Assembly: GCA_038527215.1 (NCBI GenBank)
Contig: JBCBGC010000007.1
Location: 55,424-119,423 of the forward strand
Source of the DNA: Bacteroidota bacterium
Lineage (GTDB): Bacteria > Bacteroidota > Bacteroidia > J057
Length of the DNA: 64,000 bases
Reading direction: 5' to 3'
Of this stretch, positions 10,012 through 18,827 are shown piece by piece. Under the pieces are notes generated by a model. That model made no database searches. It saw only the letters and a list, made by a program, of their open reading frames with translations, and had not been told where the DNA came from. A program made the position numbers and the translations under genes. The first letter of the stretch is position 1. Each line of letters opens with the position of its first letter.

Positions 10012-10929
10012 ATGTCCAAGCCGTCTACCGATCGTACCACCGAGCTACTCAAGAAAGTCAGAAAGATCGAAATCAAAACCCGGGATAAATCTGATCAGAT
10101 TTTCTCCGGAGGATATCACTCCGCCTTCAAAGGTCGGGGCATGTCCTTTTCCGAAGTCCGCGCCTATGCCTATGGAGATGATGTGCGAAATATCGACTGG
10201 AATGTAACGGCCCGGACCCGTGCGCCTCATGTCAAAGTCTTTGAAGAGGAACGCGAAATCACCGTCATGCTCCTGATCGACATCAGTTCCTCTACCTTGT
10301 TTGGCACCCAGCTCAACCAGGATAAGGAAGCGCAGATGAAACAAGACCGCATGGCTGAAATTGCGGCTGTCCTGGCCTTTGCCGCAGTGAACAATAATGA
10401 TAAAGTGGGAGCGATTTTTTTTACGGACAAAATCGAGTCTTTCATCCCGCCGAAAAAAGGCCGAAACCATATCCTGCGCATCATCCGTGAACTCCTGGAG
10501 CCCACTCGGACCAGTCAGGGCACCGATCTGGCAGAAGTATTGCGCAACCTGACCAACCTGCTCAAGAAGCGAAGCATTGTATTTATCCTTTCTGACTTCA
10601 TGAACACTGGGGACAACTACCAGGACGCCCTGAGCATCGCCCGGCGCAGACATGATGTAGTAGGACTGCATGTTTTCGATGACCGGGAAGTAAGCCTCCC
10701 CAACATGGGCCTTATGCGGGTAAAAGATGCAGAGTCTGGTCAAATCGCCTGGTTGGATACGGCGGACAAAAAGACCCGCGACAATTATGCCAAATGGTAC
10801 CAGGAAAACCTCCGTAAAACCCGGGAAACTTTTCTGCGTTCTGGTGCGGATTTTACCAGCATCAATATCAAAGCCTCCTACATTCAAGCCCTTCTCAATC
10901 TCTTTAGCCGTAGAGAGAAAAGACGATAA
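10012..10929 (+). CDS. DUF58 domain protein (Bat/MoxR-operon associated, vWA-like)
   Basis: It carries the typical DUF58 N-terminus with …GGYHSAFKGRGMSFSEVRAYAYGDDVRNIDWNVTART… and lies immediately upstream of the batA-E genes. Confidence 0.8.
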   Translation: MSKPSTDRTTELLKKVRKIEIKTRDKSDQIFSGGYHSAFKGRGMSFSEVRAYAYGDDVRNIDWNVTARTRAPHVKVFEEEREITVMLLIDISSSTLFGTQLNQDKEAQMKQDRMAEIAAVLAFAAVNNNDKVGAIFFTDKIESFIPPKKGRNHILRIIRELLEPTRTSQGTDLAEVLRNLTNLLKKRSIVFILSDFMNTGDNYQDALSIARRRHDVVGLHVFDDREVSLPNMGLMRVKDAESGQIAWLDTADKKTRDNYAKWYQENLRKTRETFLRSGADFTSINIKASYIQALLNLFSRREKRR

Positions 10930-11012
10930 AAGCGCAGATTTTAGCCAAACTTTAACACTTCATTAACACCCACCAAGGGCGATTTCCCGATATATTTGCA
11001 AGGCTAAGAGAG

Positions 11013-11999
11013 ATGAAAGGTATTGCCGTTACAAAATTCCTTGTTTGCTGGATGCTGGTGATCACCAGCACAGGCCTTACTGTACAGGGACAGCAAGTCT
11101 CTGTCCTGGTGGGCGTTGATGCCGAGCAAATCGAGATTGGCGACCACCTGGGGCTAAGCCTTCAGGTAAAAAGCCCGGCCGCTACCGCGGTCATCTGGCC
11201 CACCCTTAAGGACACCCTTGGCAGTTGGGAAGTCCTGGCCCAAAGTCCCATCGATAGCAGCCAGGAAGGCAGCAGCCTTATTCAGAAAAGAATTCTGACC
11301 CTGATCCATTTCGAACCGGGAGACCATGTGGTACCCCGCCTGCCTTTTAGCTATCTCGATCAGACCGGAAGTTCTGAAATCAGCTTTTCCCGTCCTGTAT
11401 TTGTTTCTGTAGACTCCATTGCCCTGGATGACGAAAGTGCTTACAAGCCCATCAAGGACATCATGGATGCTCCGGCCAGTTGGAAGGAATACTGGCCTTT
11501 CTACCTATTGGGGGGGAGTTTGCTGCTCATTGGCGGATTTTTATTCTGGGGGATTCGGAACCGCCCGGCCCTGGAAGGCAAGTTGCCGGTGATTACCCGC
11601 AAGCCGCGTCTGCCCGCCCATGAGCGTGCCATGCGCAGGCTTTCCAAGCTGGAACAACAAAAACGCTGGCAAAAAGGCGATATCAAAGGCTATTATGATC
11701 ACCTGACGGATATTCTCCGGGCTTATATGGAAGTGGAATTCAAGATTCCCGCCCTGGAGTCGGTTACCGATCAAACCCTCAAAGCCTTACGCGAACGAAA
11801 TTTCTCTTCCAAACTTATGGAAGAAGTAGGCGAGCTGATGGCCCGGGCTGACCTGGCCAAGTTTGCCAAATACCAACCAGGGGACAAAGAGAACCTGGAA
11901 GCCATGGAAACGGCACGCGGATTTATTCGCGAAGCCAAAAGAAAAGCCGAAGAAGAAAAGGCCGCTGCTGCTGCCGCCCTTAAAAACCAGGAGGCATGA
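11013..11999 (+). CDS. Membrane protein of Bat operon (DUF4381-like position) with BatD-like N-terminal module
   Basis: It has a signal/TM N-terminus, an internal TM segment (FYLLGGSLLLIGGFLFWGI) and a C-terminal charged helical tail. There is a 4-nt overlap with batA (ATGA at 11996). Confidence 0.55.
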   Translation: MKGIAVTKFLVCWMLVITSTGLTVQGQQVSVLVGVDAEQIEIGDHLGLSLQVKSPAATAVIWPTLKDTLGSWEVLAQSPIDSSQEGSSLIQKRILTLIHFEPGDHVVPRLPFSYLDQTGSSEISFSRPVFVSVDSIALDDESAYKPIKDIMDAPASWKEYWPFYLLGGSLLLIGGFLFWGIRNRPALEGKLPVITRKPRLPAHERAMRRLSKLEQQKRWQKGDIKGYYDHLTDILRAYMEVEFKIPALESVTDQTLKALRERNFSSKLMEEVGELMARADLAKFAKYQPGDKENLEAMETARGFIREAKRKAEEEKAAAAAALKNQEA

Positions 12000-13003
12000 T
12001 GGACTTTTTACGTGATATTACCTTTGCCAATCCCTGGGTATTGACCCTGCTGGTACTGCCGATCTTATTTATTCTCTGGCAGATCGCCCGCTACCGCACC
12101 CTCTACCCTACCCTTCAATTACCGAATCTTCAGGGGGTTTCTCAGAATCTCACCCCCATTCGTGGTTATATCAAGAAATATCTTTTTGCCCTACGAGTGC
12201 TGGCGGTTGGCCTGCTGATTCTGGCCCTGGCCAGACCGCAGACCAGCATGCGAGAAGAAAATGTGCAGACGGAGGGGATTGACATTGTGATTGCCCTGGA
12301 TATTTCCGGGAGCATGAATGCCCTGGACTTTAACCCCAACCGCCTGGAAGCCGCCAAGCGAAAAGCCGCTGATTTTGTGGGTGCCCGGGAGCATGATCGC
12401 CTGGGACTGGTGGTTTTCGCCGGAGAAAGTTTTACCCAATGCCCGCTGACTACCGATCACGCCATGTATCTGACTCTCTTGAGAGACATCAAGCAAGGCT
12501 TAATCGAGGATGGTACCGCCATTGGCATGGGCCTGGCCAACGCCGTACTGAGGCTGAAGGAATCAGATGCCAAAAGTAAAGTGGTCATTTTGCTCACCGA
12601 TGGTGTCAACAATCAGGGTCAGATCGATCCCCTAACCGCTACCGAAACAGCCGTGCAGTTTGGGGTAAGGGTGTACACCGTAGGCGTCGGTTCTAATGGC
12701 CGAGCCCCCATCTTGCAGCGGGACCGCTTTGGTCGGACCGTCCGCACCCAGATGGATGTGGAACTGGACGAAGAACTCTTGGGAAACATCGCCCAGCGCA
12801 CCGGAGGCCAGTACTTTCGGGCCAGCAATACCGAAGCCCTGGGAAAAGTATATGAAGAGATCGACAGAATGGAGAAGACGCGGATGGAAGTAACCCGCAT
12901 CACGCGCTATCAGGAAGAGTTCCATTGGTTTCTCCTCCTGGCCGGCATCCTCCTACTTTTTGAGTGGATTTTACGATACACATTAGTCAGAACAATTCCT
13001 TAG
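11996..13003 (+). CDS. batA: BatA (vWA domain, two TM)
   Basis: It has the vWA MIDAS motif IVIALDISGSM, an N-terminal TM segment and a C-terminal TM segment, in canonical operon position. Confidence 0.8.
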   Translation: MMDFLRDITFANPWVLTLLVLPILFILWQIARYRTLYPTLQLPNLQGVSQNLTPIRGYIKKYLFALRVLAVGLLILALARPQTSMREENVQTEGIDIVIALDISGSMNALDFNPNRLEAAKRKAADFVGAREHDRLGLVVFAGESFTQCPLTTDHAMYLTLLRDIKQGLIEDGTAIGMGLANAVLRLKESDAKSKVVILLTDGVNNQGQIDPLTATETAVQFGVRVYTVGVGSNGRAPILQRDRFGRTVRTQMDVELDEELLGNIAQRTGGQYFRASNTEALGKVYEEIDRMEKTRMEVTRITRYQEEFHWFLLLAGILLLFEWILRYTLVRTIP

Positions 13004-13034
13004 GCCCCTGGTCTTCTGAAGCGCTTAATAATTC

Positions 13035-14069
13035 ATGGTTCAATATCAACATCCTGAGGCTTTTTATCTGCTGTTTGGCTTAATCCCCTTACTGCTGCTT
13101 TTTCTTGCCTATATGGTAGGGAGAAAAAGGGCGTTGCAAAAAATGGGGGAAGGCAGCCTGATTGCGCGACTCAGCCCGGAAAAAGCCACCTTTAAGCACC
13201 AGCTCAAGTTCATCCTCATCTGTCTGGCTTATGTTTCCATGGTGGTAGCCCTGGCCAATCCCCAATTAGGCCAAAGCTATGAGACCGTTACGCAGAAAGG
13301 CATCGACCTGATGGTAGCGCTGGATGTATCTAATTCCATGCTCTGTGAGGATGAGAAACCCAACCGCCTGGCCCGGGCCAAGCTCATGATTCGCGACCTG
13401 ATTGACGATCTGAAAGGAGACAAAATCGGGCTGATCATTTTTGCGGGAAATGCCTATCTGCAGGTGCCGATTACCGGGGATTATGCAGCGGCGCAAACCC
13501 TGCTGCGATCGGTCAATCCCGACATGGTGCCCCGACAAGGAACCGCCATTGGAGAAGCTATCCGCATCGCTAATCGCTCCTTTGCCGAAGACCAGACCCA
13601 GTATAAAGCCGTGGTGATCATTTCAGATGGCGAAAACCATGAAGGAGACGCCCTGGAAGCGGCCAAAGAGGCCATGGAATCCGGTACCGCTATCTTTACC
13701 GTAGGCGTAGGAAATCCCCGAAAAGGTTCCCCTATCCCTGTGTATAAAGATGGCCGCCAGCTGGATTGGAAGCGCAACCGGGAAGGCAGCATCGTATCTA
13801 CCCGCATGGATGAGGATATGTTGAAACAAGTAGCCGCAGCTGGGAGTGGAGATTATTTCCGATTGACGCAAGGCCTGCAAACCGCCAAGTCTATCAATCG
13901 CGCGCTCAACCAACTGGAGCAACAAGAATACGATACCAAGGTCTACACGGATTATGAAGATCAGTTTCAGATTTTTCTGGGATTGGCCCTCTTGTTTTTG
14001 GTCCTGGAATACTTCCTGTCTGAAAGGAGGAACCTCAAATTTTCTGACTGGTCTATCTTCAAATCATAA
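13035..14069 (+). CDS. batB: BatB (vWA domain, two TM)
   Basis: It has the MIDAS motif LMVALDVSNSM and flanking TM segments, and is a paralogue of batA. Confidence 0.8.
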   Translation: MVQYQHPEAFYLLFGLIPLLLLFLAYMVGRKRALQKMGEGSLIARLSPEKATFKHQLKFILICLAYVSMVVALANPQLGQSYETVTQKGIDLMVALDVSNSMLCEDEKPNRLARAKLMIRDLIDDLKGDKIGLIIFAGNAYLQVPITGDYAAAQTLLRSVNPDMVPRQGTAIGEAIRIANRSFAEDQTQYKAVVIISDGENHEGDALEAAKEAMESGTAIFTVGVGNPRKGSPIPVYKDGRQLDWKRNREGSIVSTRMDEDMLKQVAAAGSGDYFRLTQGLQTAKSINRALNQLEQQEYDTKVYTDYEDQFQIFLGLALLFLVLEYFLSERRNLKFSDWSIFKS

Positions 14070-14071
14070 GT

Positions 14072-14929
14072 ATGCAACAAACATTGACACGCGTCCTGAT
14101 CTGTTTCCTGCTCTCTGGGCCTGCCCTCCAGGCACAGGGGATTTTCAAAAGCTCCGATGCTTTTGTTAGGGAAGGCAATGAAGCCTATCAGGAAGAAAAA
14201 TACGAAGAAGCGGGTAGCCAGTATGCCCAGGCCATGTTGCGGGATCCGGAAAACCCCCGCAGCCTTTACAACATGGGCGACGTCTTATACCAAAACGGGC
14301 AATTTCAGCTAGCCTCCCAGGTGTTTAATCAGGCTGCAGAAAAAAGCGAGGAGACCGCTGCCAAAGCGCAGGCTTTCCATAACCTCGGCAATGCCCTCCT
14401 GGCCTGGGGAGAAAAAACGGAACAGAATCCCGCTCCTCAACAAATGCCACAAGCAGCCGGCGGACAGGCACAAGGAGAAGAGCCTCCTTCCCCCATGCAA
14501 TTGTACCAGCAAAGTGTGGAAGCCTATAAAAATGCCCTAAGACTTAATCCTAAAGATCGGGATACCAAATACAACCTGACCTACGCCCTGAAAAAACTGC
14601 AACAGCAACAGCAGCAGCAGCAACAACAAAACCAGGATCAACAAGATCAGGAGGACCAACAAGATCAACAGGACCAGCAACAGCAACAGCAAAACCAAAA
14701 TCAGGATCAGCAGCAGCAGCAAGACCAGCAACAACAGCAGCAGAATCAGGATCAGCAACAGCAGAATCAGCAAAAGCCCCAAAATGCCCAAAGTCAGCCG
14801 CAAGCCCTTTCTAAAGAAGAAGCGGAACGCATTTTGGAAATGTTAAAGCACAACGAAGAACAGATCCAGGAAAAATTACAGAAACGAAAAGCTAGAGTAA
14901 AAAAGGTGAAGGTCGAAAAAGATTGGTAG
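14072..14929 (+). CDS. batC: BatC (TPR repeats + long Gln/Asp/Asn-rich low-complexity tract)
   Basis: TPR-like repeats are present (AYQEEKYEEAGSQYAQAM…, YNMGDVLYQNGQF…). It follows batB with a 2-nt gap. Confidence 0.7.
   Translation: MQQTLTRVLICFLLSGPALQAQGIFKSSDAFVREGNEAYQEEKYEEAGSQYAQAMLRDPENPRSLYNMGDVLYQNGQFQLASQVFNQAAEKSEETAAKAQAFHNLGNALLAWGEKTEQNPAPQQMPQAAGGQAQGEEPPSPMQLYQQSVEAYKNALRLNPKDRDTKYNLTYALKKLQQQQQQQQQQNQDQQDQEDQQDQQDQQQQQQNQNQDQQQQQDQQQQQQNQDQQQQNQQKPQNAQSQPQALSKEEAERILEMLKHNEEQIQEKLQKRKARVKKVKVEKDW
14598..14775 (+). repeat. Imperfect (CAR)n trinucleotide tract encoding poly-Q/QD low-complexity region of BatC
   Basis: About 180 nt are made almost entirely of CAG/CAA/GAT/GAC/AAC codons. 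The mirror-image antisense ORF (14537-14803, poly-Leu) is an artefact. Confidence 0.8.
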
Positions 14930-14987
14930 CAGCCTGTACGAGCCCGTATCTTTTCTGAGAAGACCCTTTATGTAGCAAAAACATCTT

Positions 14988-15350
14988 ATGGCTAACGAAA
15001 ACGGAAACAACTCGCTCTCAGGACACGCAGTTCAATTTGCCAAAGCCATCCGGGATTTTGGTAAAGTGCTGCCCATGACTGTCTCCAATGTAGAAGACCT
15101 TAAATCTCTCATTCGTTCTTCCGGAAATATTGGGGCCCTCATCATTGATGCGGAGCAGACCAGAAACAGGAATGAATTTGTACAAAAAATGACGGCCAGC
15201 GTCAAAGAGACCCGCCAAACCCACTATTGGCTCTCTCTCGTAGATACGCAGGGAGCAGGGGAACTAGAGATGCGACGTCAAAAGCTGCAGCAGGCGGCCG
15301 AAGAACTGGCCAATGTAGCCATGAAATACATCCAGCGATCTCAAGCATGA
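14988..15350 (+). CDS. Four-helix-bundle protein (23S rRNA intervening-sequence protein family, TIGR02436-like)
   Basis: It is 120 aa and all-helical, and carries the family-typical ETRQTHYWLSL motif. It is inserted between batC and batD. Confidence 0.6.
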   Translation: MANENGNNSLSGHAVQFAKAIRDFGKVLPMTVSNVEDLKSLIRSSGNIGALIIDAEQTRNRNEFVQKMTASVKETRQTHYWLSLVDTQGAGELEMRRQKLQQAAEELANVAMKYIQRSQA

Positions 15351-17215
15351 TCAAACGCATCCATTATATCTTTCTTGTTTTCTCCCTTCTGGGAGGGAGC
15401 TCAGGTATGTTGGCCCAGCAATTCACGGCTCAGGTGAGCAAAAACACCCTGGCCGTCGGAGAGCGATTCCAGCTTACTTTCCGCTTACAAAACGCCCAGA
15501 GTCAGGATGTTACCTTCCCGGACCTGAGTGCTTTTGATAAGTTATATGGGCCCAGCACCTCTCAGGAAACCAGCATTAGCAGCGTCAATGGACAGGTCAC
15601 CCAGGTGGTGCACCTCTCCTATTCTTTTGTGCTGGTACCCAAAAAGGAAGGTACCGTGGAGATCGGTCCGGCCTCCGTCAAAGTGAACGGAGAAACCCTG
15701 CGGACCAACCCCTTGGAGCTTAATATCATTCCCAAATCAGCCCAGGCCAAAGCAGCTGAAGAAAGCGCTGCTCAAAGACGCCGGGACCTGGACAAAGAAC
15801 TGCGTTCTTATATTTTTATCCGCCCCCTGGTTACCTCCTCCAAAGTGTATAAAGGAGAGCAGTTTGCCATTACCTATCGCTTCTACATGCGGCCGGAGCT
15901 AGCCAACCGGATCGGAAACCTTACCCTGGAAGAAGCGCCTAGCTACCAGGGATTTTGGGCAGAAAACGTAAAACTCAGTGCCCGCTCCCAGCCGAGCCTG
16001 GAGGTCTACAAGGGGCAGCAGTACTATGTGAGTACCCTGAAACAGGATATCCTCATCCCGCAAAAAGCCGGGAAACTCAGGATCGAACCTCTGAGTGTGG
16101 CCATGATTGTGCAGCTTCTCAAGGAACAACCTCAAAGGAAAAGTAATCCGCGCGATCCCTTCTCGGCGTTTGAGGACTTTTTCGAGCGAGGCAATCGCTA
16201 TGAAAATTATGAATTCCTCACGGCCAATAGTCCCATCACCATTGATGTCAAATCATTGCCCGTTGAGAAGAAACCCGCTTCCTTTACCGGTATGGTAGGT
16301 GATTTTGACCTGGACGTAAGTCTGGACAAAAACGAGACGGATGCCGGGGAGGCAGTAACCCTTAAATTGGTTTACAGCGGAAAAGGCAACCTATCCAAGA
16401 TTCCGGAACCCAAGCTGGTGCTCCCGCCAGACCTGGAAGTTTATGAGCCTCAGGTGAGCAATAATGTATCTAAGTCAGGAGGGAAATTGAGTGGGAAAAG
16501 GACCTTTACCTACCCCATCATTCCGCGCAATCCAGGAACCTACGAGATTCCGGCCATCCAGTTTGCTTACTTTGATGCCGACAAAAAAAGATATTACGAA
16601 CTAGCCAGTGAGCCCATGAGCCTAAGCGTAGGCGGAGAAGCTCAAATCGTAGCCAGTGGCCCAGGTCCGGTGGTCAAAAATGATCTCACCATCTTGGGGG
16701 AGGACATTCGCCACATTATTAGGGATGAGGTGGATTTTCAGGAAAAAGGCCAGTCCTTTGGACGGTCCGTGCCTTTTGCCCTGCTATATGTGCTGCCCTT
16801 CCTCGCCTTTATTGGTCTTCTGGTCGGCAAGAACCGGCAGGCCCAGGCTGCCATGGATGTGGCGGGCACCCGGAGCCGCAAAGCCAATAAAGTGGTGAAA
16901 AAGCGCCTCTCGCAGGCACGTAAACATATCGAAAGCGGGGATGAACGCGCCTTTTATGATGAAGTGGTCAAAGCTGTCTGGAACTATATCTCTGACAAAC
17001 TAAGCCTCGGAAAATCCGAGCTTTCCCGGGAACTGGTCCGGGACCAGCTCAGTCAGCGAGGCGTAGAGGCGGCTTATATCGATCGGCTGACCCAGTGGAT
17101 AGATAATTGTGAAATGGCCTTGTATGCGCCCTCAGCAGTGGCTGGCGGCATGCAGGCTACCTATGATGAGGGAGCAGCCCTCATTTCAAGCATGGAAAAA
17201 GATCTGAGTACATGA
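15347..17215 (+). CDS. batD: BatD (oxygen-tolerance protein; signal peptide, C-terminal TM)
   Basis: The start is set at in-frame MIKRIHYIFLVFSLLGGSSG (a signal peptide), giving an ATGA overlap with the previous stop. The upstream extension of the track ORF is Arg/Gly-rich and implausible. A C-terminal TM FALLYVLPFLAFIGLLVG is present. Confidence 0.7.
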   Translation: MIKRIHYIFLVFSLLGGSSGMLAQQFTAQVSKNTLAVGERFQLTFRLQNAQSQDVTFPDLSAFDKLYGPSTSQETSISSVNGQVTQVVHLSYSFVLVPKKEGTVEIGPASVKVNGETLRTNPLELNIIPKSAQAKAAEESAAQRRRDLDKELRSYIFIRPLVTSSKVYKGEQFAITYRFYMRPELANRIGNLTLEEAPSYQGFWAENVKLSARSQPSLEVYKGQQYYVSTLKQDILIPQKAGKLRIEPLSVAMIVQLLKEQPQRKSNPRDPFSAFEDFFERGNRYENYEFLTANSPITIDVKSLPVEKKPASFTGMVGDFDLDVSLDKNETDAGEAVTLKLVYSGKGNLSKIPEPKLVLPPDLEVYEPQVSNNVSKSGGKLSGKRTFTYPIIPRNPGTYEIPAIQFAYFDADKKRYYELASEPMSLSVGGEAQIVASGPGPVVKNDLTILGEDIRHIIRDEVDFQEKGQSFGRSVPFALLYVLPFLAFIGLLVGKNRQAQAAMDVAGTRSRKANKVVKKRLSQARKHIESGDERAFYDEVVKAVWNYISDKLSLGKSELSRELVRDQLSQRGVEAAYIDRLTQWIDNCEMALYAPSAVAGGMQATYDEGAALISSMEKDLST

Positions 17216-17994
17216 GAATCTGGCGTTTCATAGGACTTTGCCTGAGTTTAGCCTTCCTCTGGCTCCCCCTTCAAGCAGATGAAGGAGAAGCCTCCTTTTT
17301 ATGGCAAAAGGCCAACCAGGCCTATGAGCAAGGTGCTTTCCCTCAGGCCATCCAGCTGTATGATTCCATCCTCAGCCTGGGATATGAAGCCGCTGACCTA
17401 CATTACAACCTCGGCAATGCCCATTTCAAGGCCAAACAGGTAGCGCCTTCTATTTTTCACTACGAAAAAGCCCTTCAACTGGAACCCGGTCATGCGGATG
17501 CCCGCGTCAACCTCAAGCAAGCCAACCAGCGGGTGATGGATAACATTGACCCCATGCCGGAACTCCTCTTTCTTTCCTGGATAAAAAAGACCTACTATCG
17601 CCTGACCGAAAGTAACTGGGCCACCCTGGCGCTCATTTTACTGTGGATAGCCCTGGGCGGAGGAAGTTTGTTTTTATTTAGTCAGAGCCCACTCTGGAAG
17701 CGGATAGGCTTTTTCTCTGGCCTGGTCTTACTCAGCCTGTCCGTATCGGCCTTATTGATCAGTCTCTCTAAGCGAACCCAAGCCGCTGATGCCCAGGAAG
17801 GCATCATTTTTGCCCAGAACACCTACGTGAAAAATGCCCCTAACGGAGAAACCAATCTCCTGGTGCTGCATGAGGGCGTAAAGGTAGAAGTGGTAGAAGC
17901 CGCCACCGATGGTTGGGTAAAAATCCGCCTGGAAGGCATCAAGGTGGGAGAGGTAGTCGGCTTTATTCCCCAAAAAGACATTCAGGGTCTCTAA
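17212..17994 (+). CDS. batE: BatE-like (TPR + TM + SH3-like C-terminus)
   Basis: TPR motifs are present (AYEQGAFPQAIQLYD…, HYNLGNAHFKAK…), with two TM segments and a C-terminal SH3b-like segment (…VKVEVVEAATDGWVKIRLEGIKVGEV…). It overlaps batD by 4 nt. Confidence 0.65.
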   Translation: MRIWRFIGLCLSLAFLWLPLQADEGEASFLWQKANQAYEQGAFPQAIQLYDSILSLGYEAADLHYNLGNAHFKAKQVAPSIFHYEKALQLEPGHADARVNLKQANQRVMDNIDPMPELLFLSWIKKTYYRLTESNWATLALILLWIALGGGSLFLFSQSPLWKRIGFFSGLVLLSLSVSALLISLSKRTQAADAQEGIIFAQNTYVKNAPNGETNLLVLHEGVKVEVVEAATDGWVKIRLEGIKVGEVVGFIPQKDIQGL

Positions 17995-18050
17995 GCCCTT
18001 CTTTCGCTTGCTGAAAAAAAGTTACCTTTGGTGGACCTACCCAGGCCACC

Positions 18051-18668
18051 ATGGACGGAATTCGCATCCTTGTCGTTGAGGACGACATTTTCATCTCGCA
18101 AGATATTCAGGAATGCCTGAAGGCCATGGATTATAGCCTGGCGGGAGTGGCCTATGATGCCAAAGAAGCCCTTGCCCTGCTACCAGAATGCCGCCCTGAT
18201 CTGGTTTTATTGGATATTCATTTGGGGGATGAAGCCGATGGGATAGCAGTAGCCACCGTGATTCGAGACACCTATCAGCTCCCCTTTATTTTCCTCACTT
18301 CCTTTGCCACACAATCCGTCCTGGATCGGGCCAAACGTACCCGTCCGATGGGGTATATCGTCAAACCTTTCCAGGAAAAAGACCTGTTTGCGGCCATCGA
18401 GATTGCCCTCTATAACTTCTCCCAACGCTGGCAGCCCCCGCACTGGGAAGTGGACTATATCAACCAACTCTTAAGCACTGATTTTACGGCTAAAGAGGTA
18501 GCCGTTCTCCAGGATATCTTCGAAGGCAAAACCAACCGCCAGCTTTGTGAGCTGCACCACGTGAGCATCAACACCATCAAAACCCACGTCAAGCGGATTT
18601 ATGATAAGCTGGATGTCCATTCACGGTCAGAAGCGATCGCCAGTCTTCGGAGGAAGCTGGCCCGGTAA
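18051..18668 (+). CDS. Response regulator, REC + LuxR/FixJ-type HTH
   Basis: The REC domain reads ILVVEDD…LVLLDIHLGDEADG…FIFLTS…YIVKPF. The C-terminal HTH is NRQLCELHHVSINTIKTHVKRIYDKL. Confidence 0.8.
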   Translation: MDGIRILVVEDDIFISQDIQECLKAMDYSLAGVAYDAKEALALLPECRPDLVLLDIHLGDEADGIAVATVIRDTYQLPFIFLTSFATQSVLDRAKRTRPMGYIVKPFQEKDLFAAIEIALYNFSQRWQPPHWEVDYINQLLSTDFTAKEVAVLQDIFEGKTNRQLCELHHVSINTIKTHVKRIYDKLDVHSRSEAIASLRRKLAR

Positions 18669-18805
18669 AAAGGACCGGCCCTCCGCCACCCAAAATAAAG
18701 TGTCCAGGTAAAACACCATCTCTCCTAGGAATTTCGGAAGGCAAAACAGGACCGATCACATACTGTGTGTTTGTCCCTTAAAATTAGTTGTTGAAACAGG
18801 CCTCC

Positions 18806-18827
18806 CGTTCACCCTATCGGGTGATTT
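18806..18827 (+). terminator. Candidate rho-independent terminator hairpin (TCACCC-TATC-GGGTGA followed by TTTTTA)
   Basis: A perfect 6-bp stem and 4-nt loop are followed by a T-run on the + strand. It is convergent with the stop of the minus-strand 18828-20558 gene. Confidence 0.35.

Noticed and set aside
14537-14803. Minus-strand 88-aa poly-Leu/Ile ORF
   Set aside because: It is the reverse complement of the BatC CAG/CAA repeat tract, and a pure low-complexity artefact.
15227-15346. N-terminal extension of the BatD ORF (MALSRRYAGSRGTRDATSKAAAGGRR…)
   Set aside because: The Arg/Gly-rich extension overlaps the upstream four-helix-bundle gene. The conserved BatD signal peptide starts at the internal Met (15347), which gives the operon-typical ATGA overlap.
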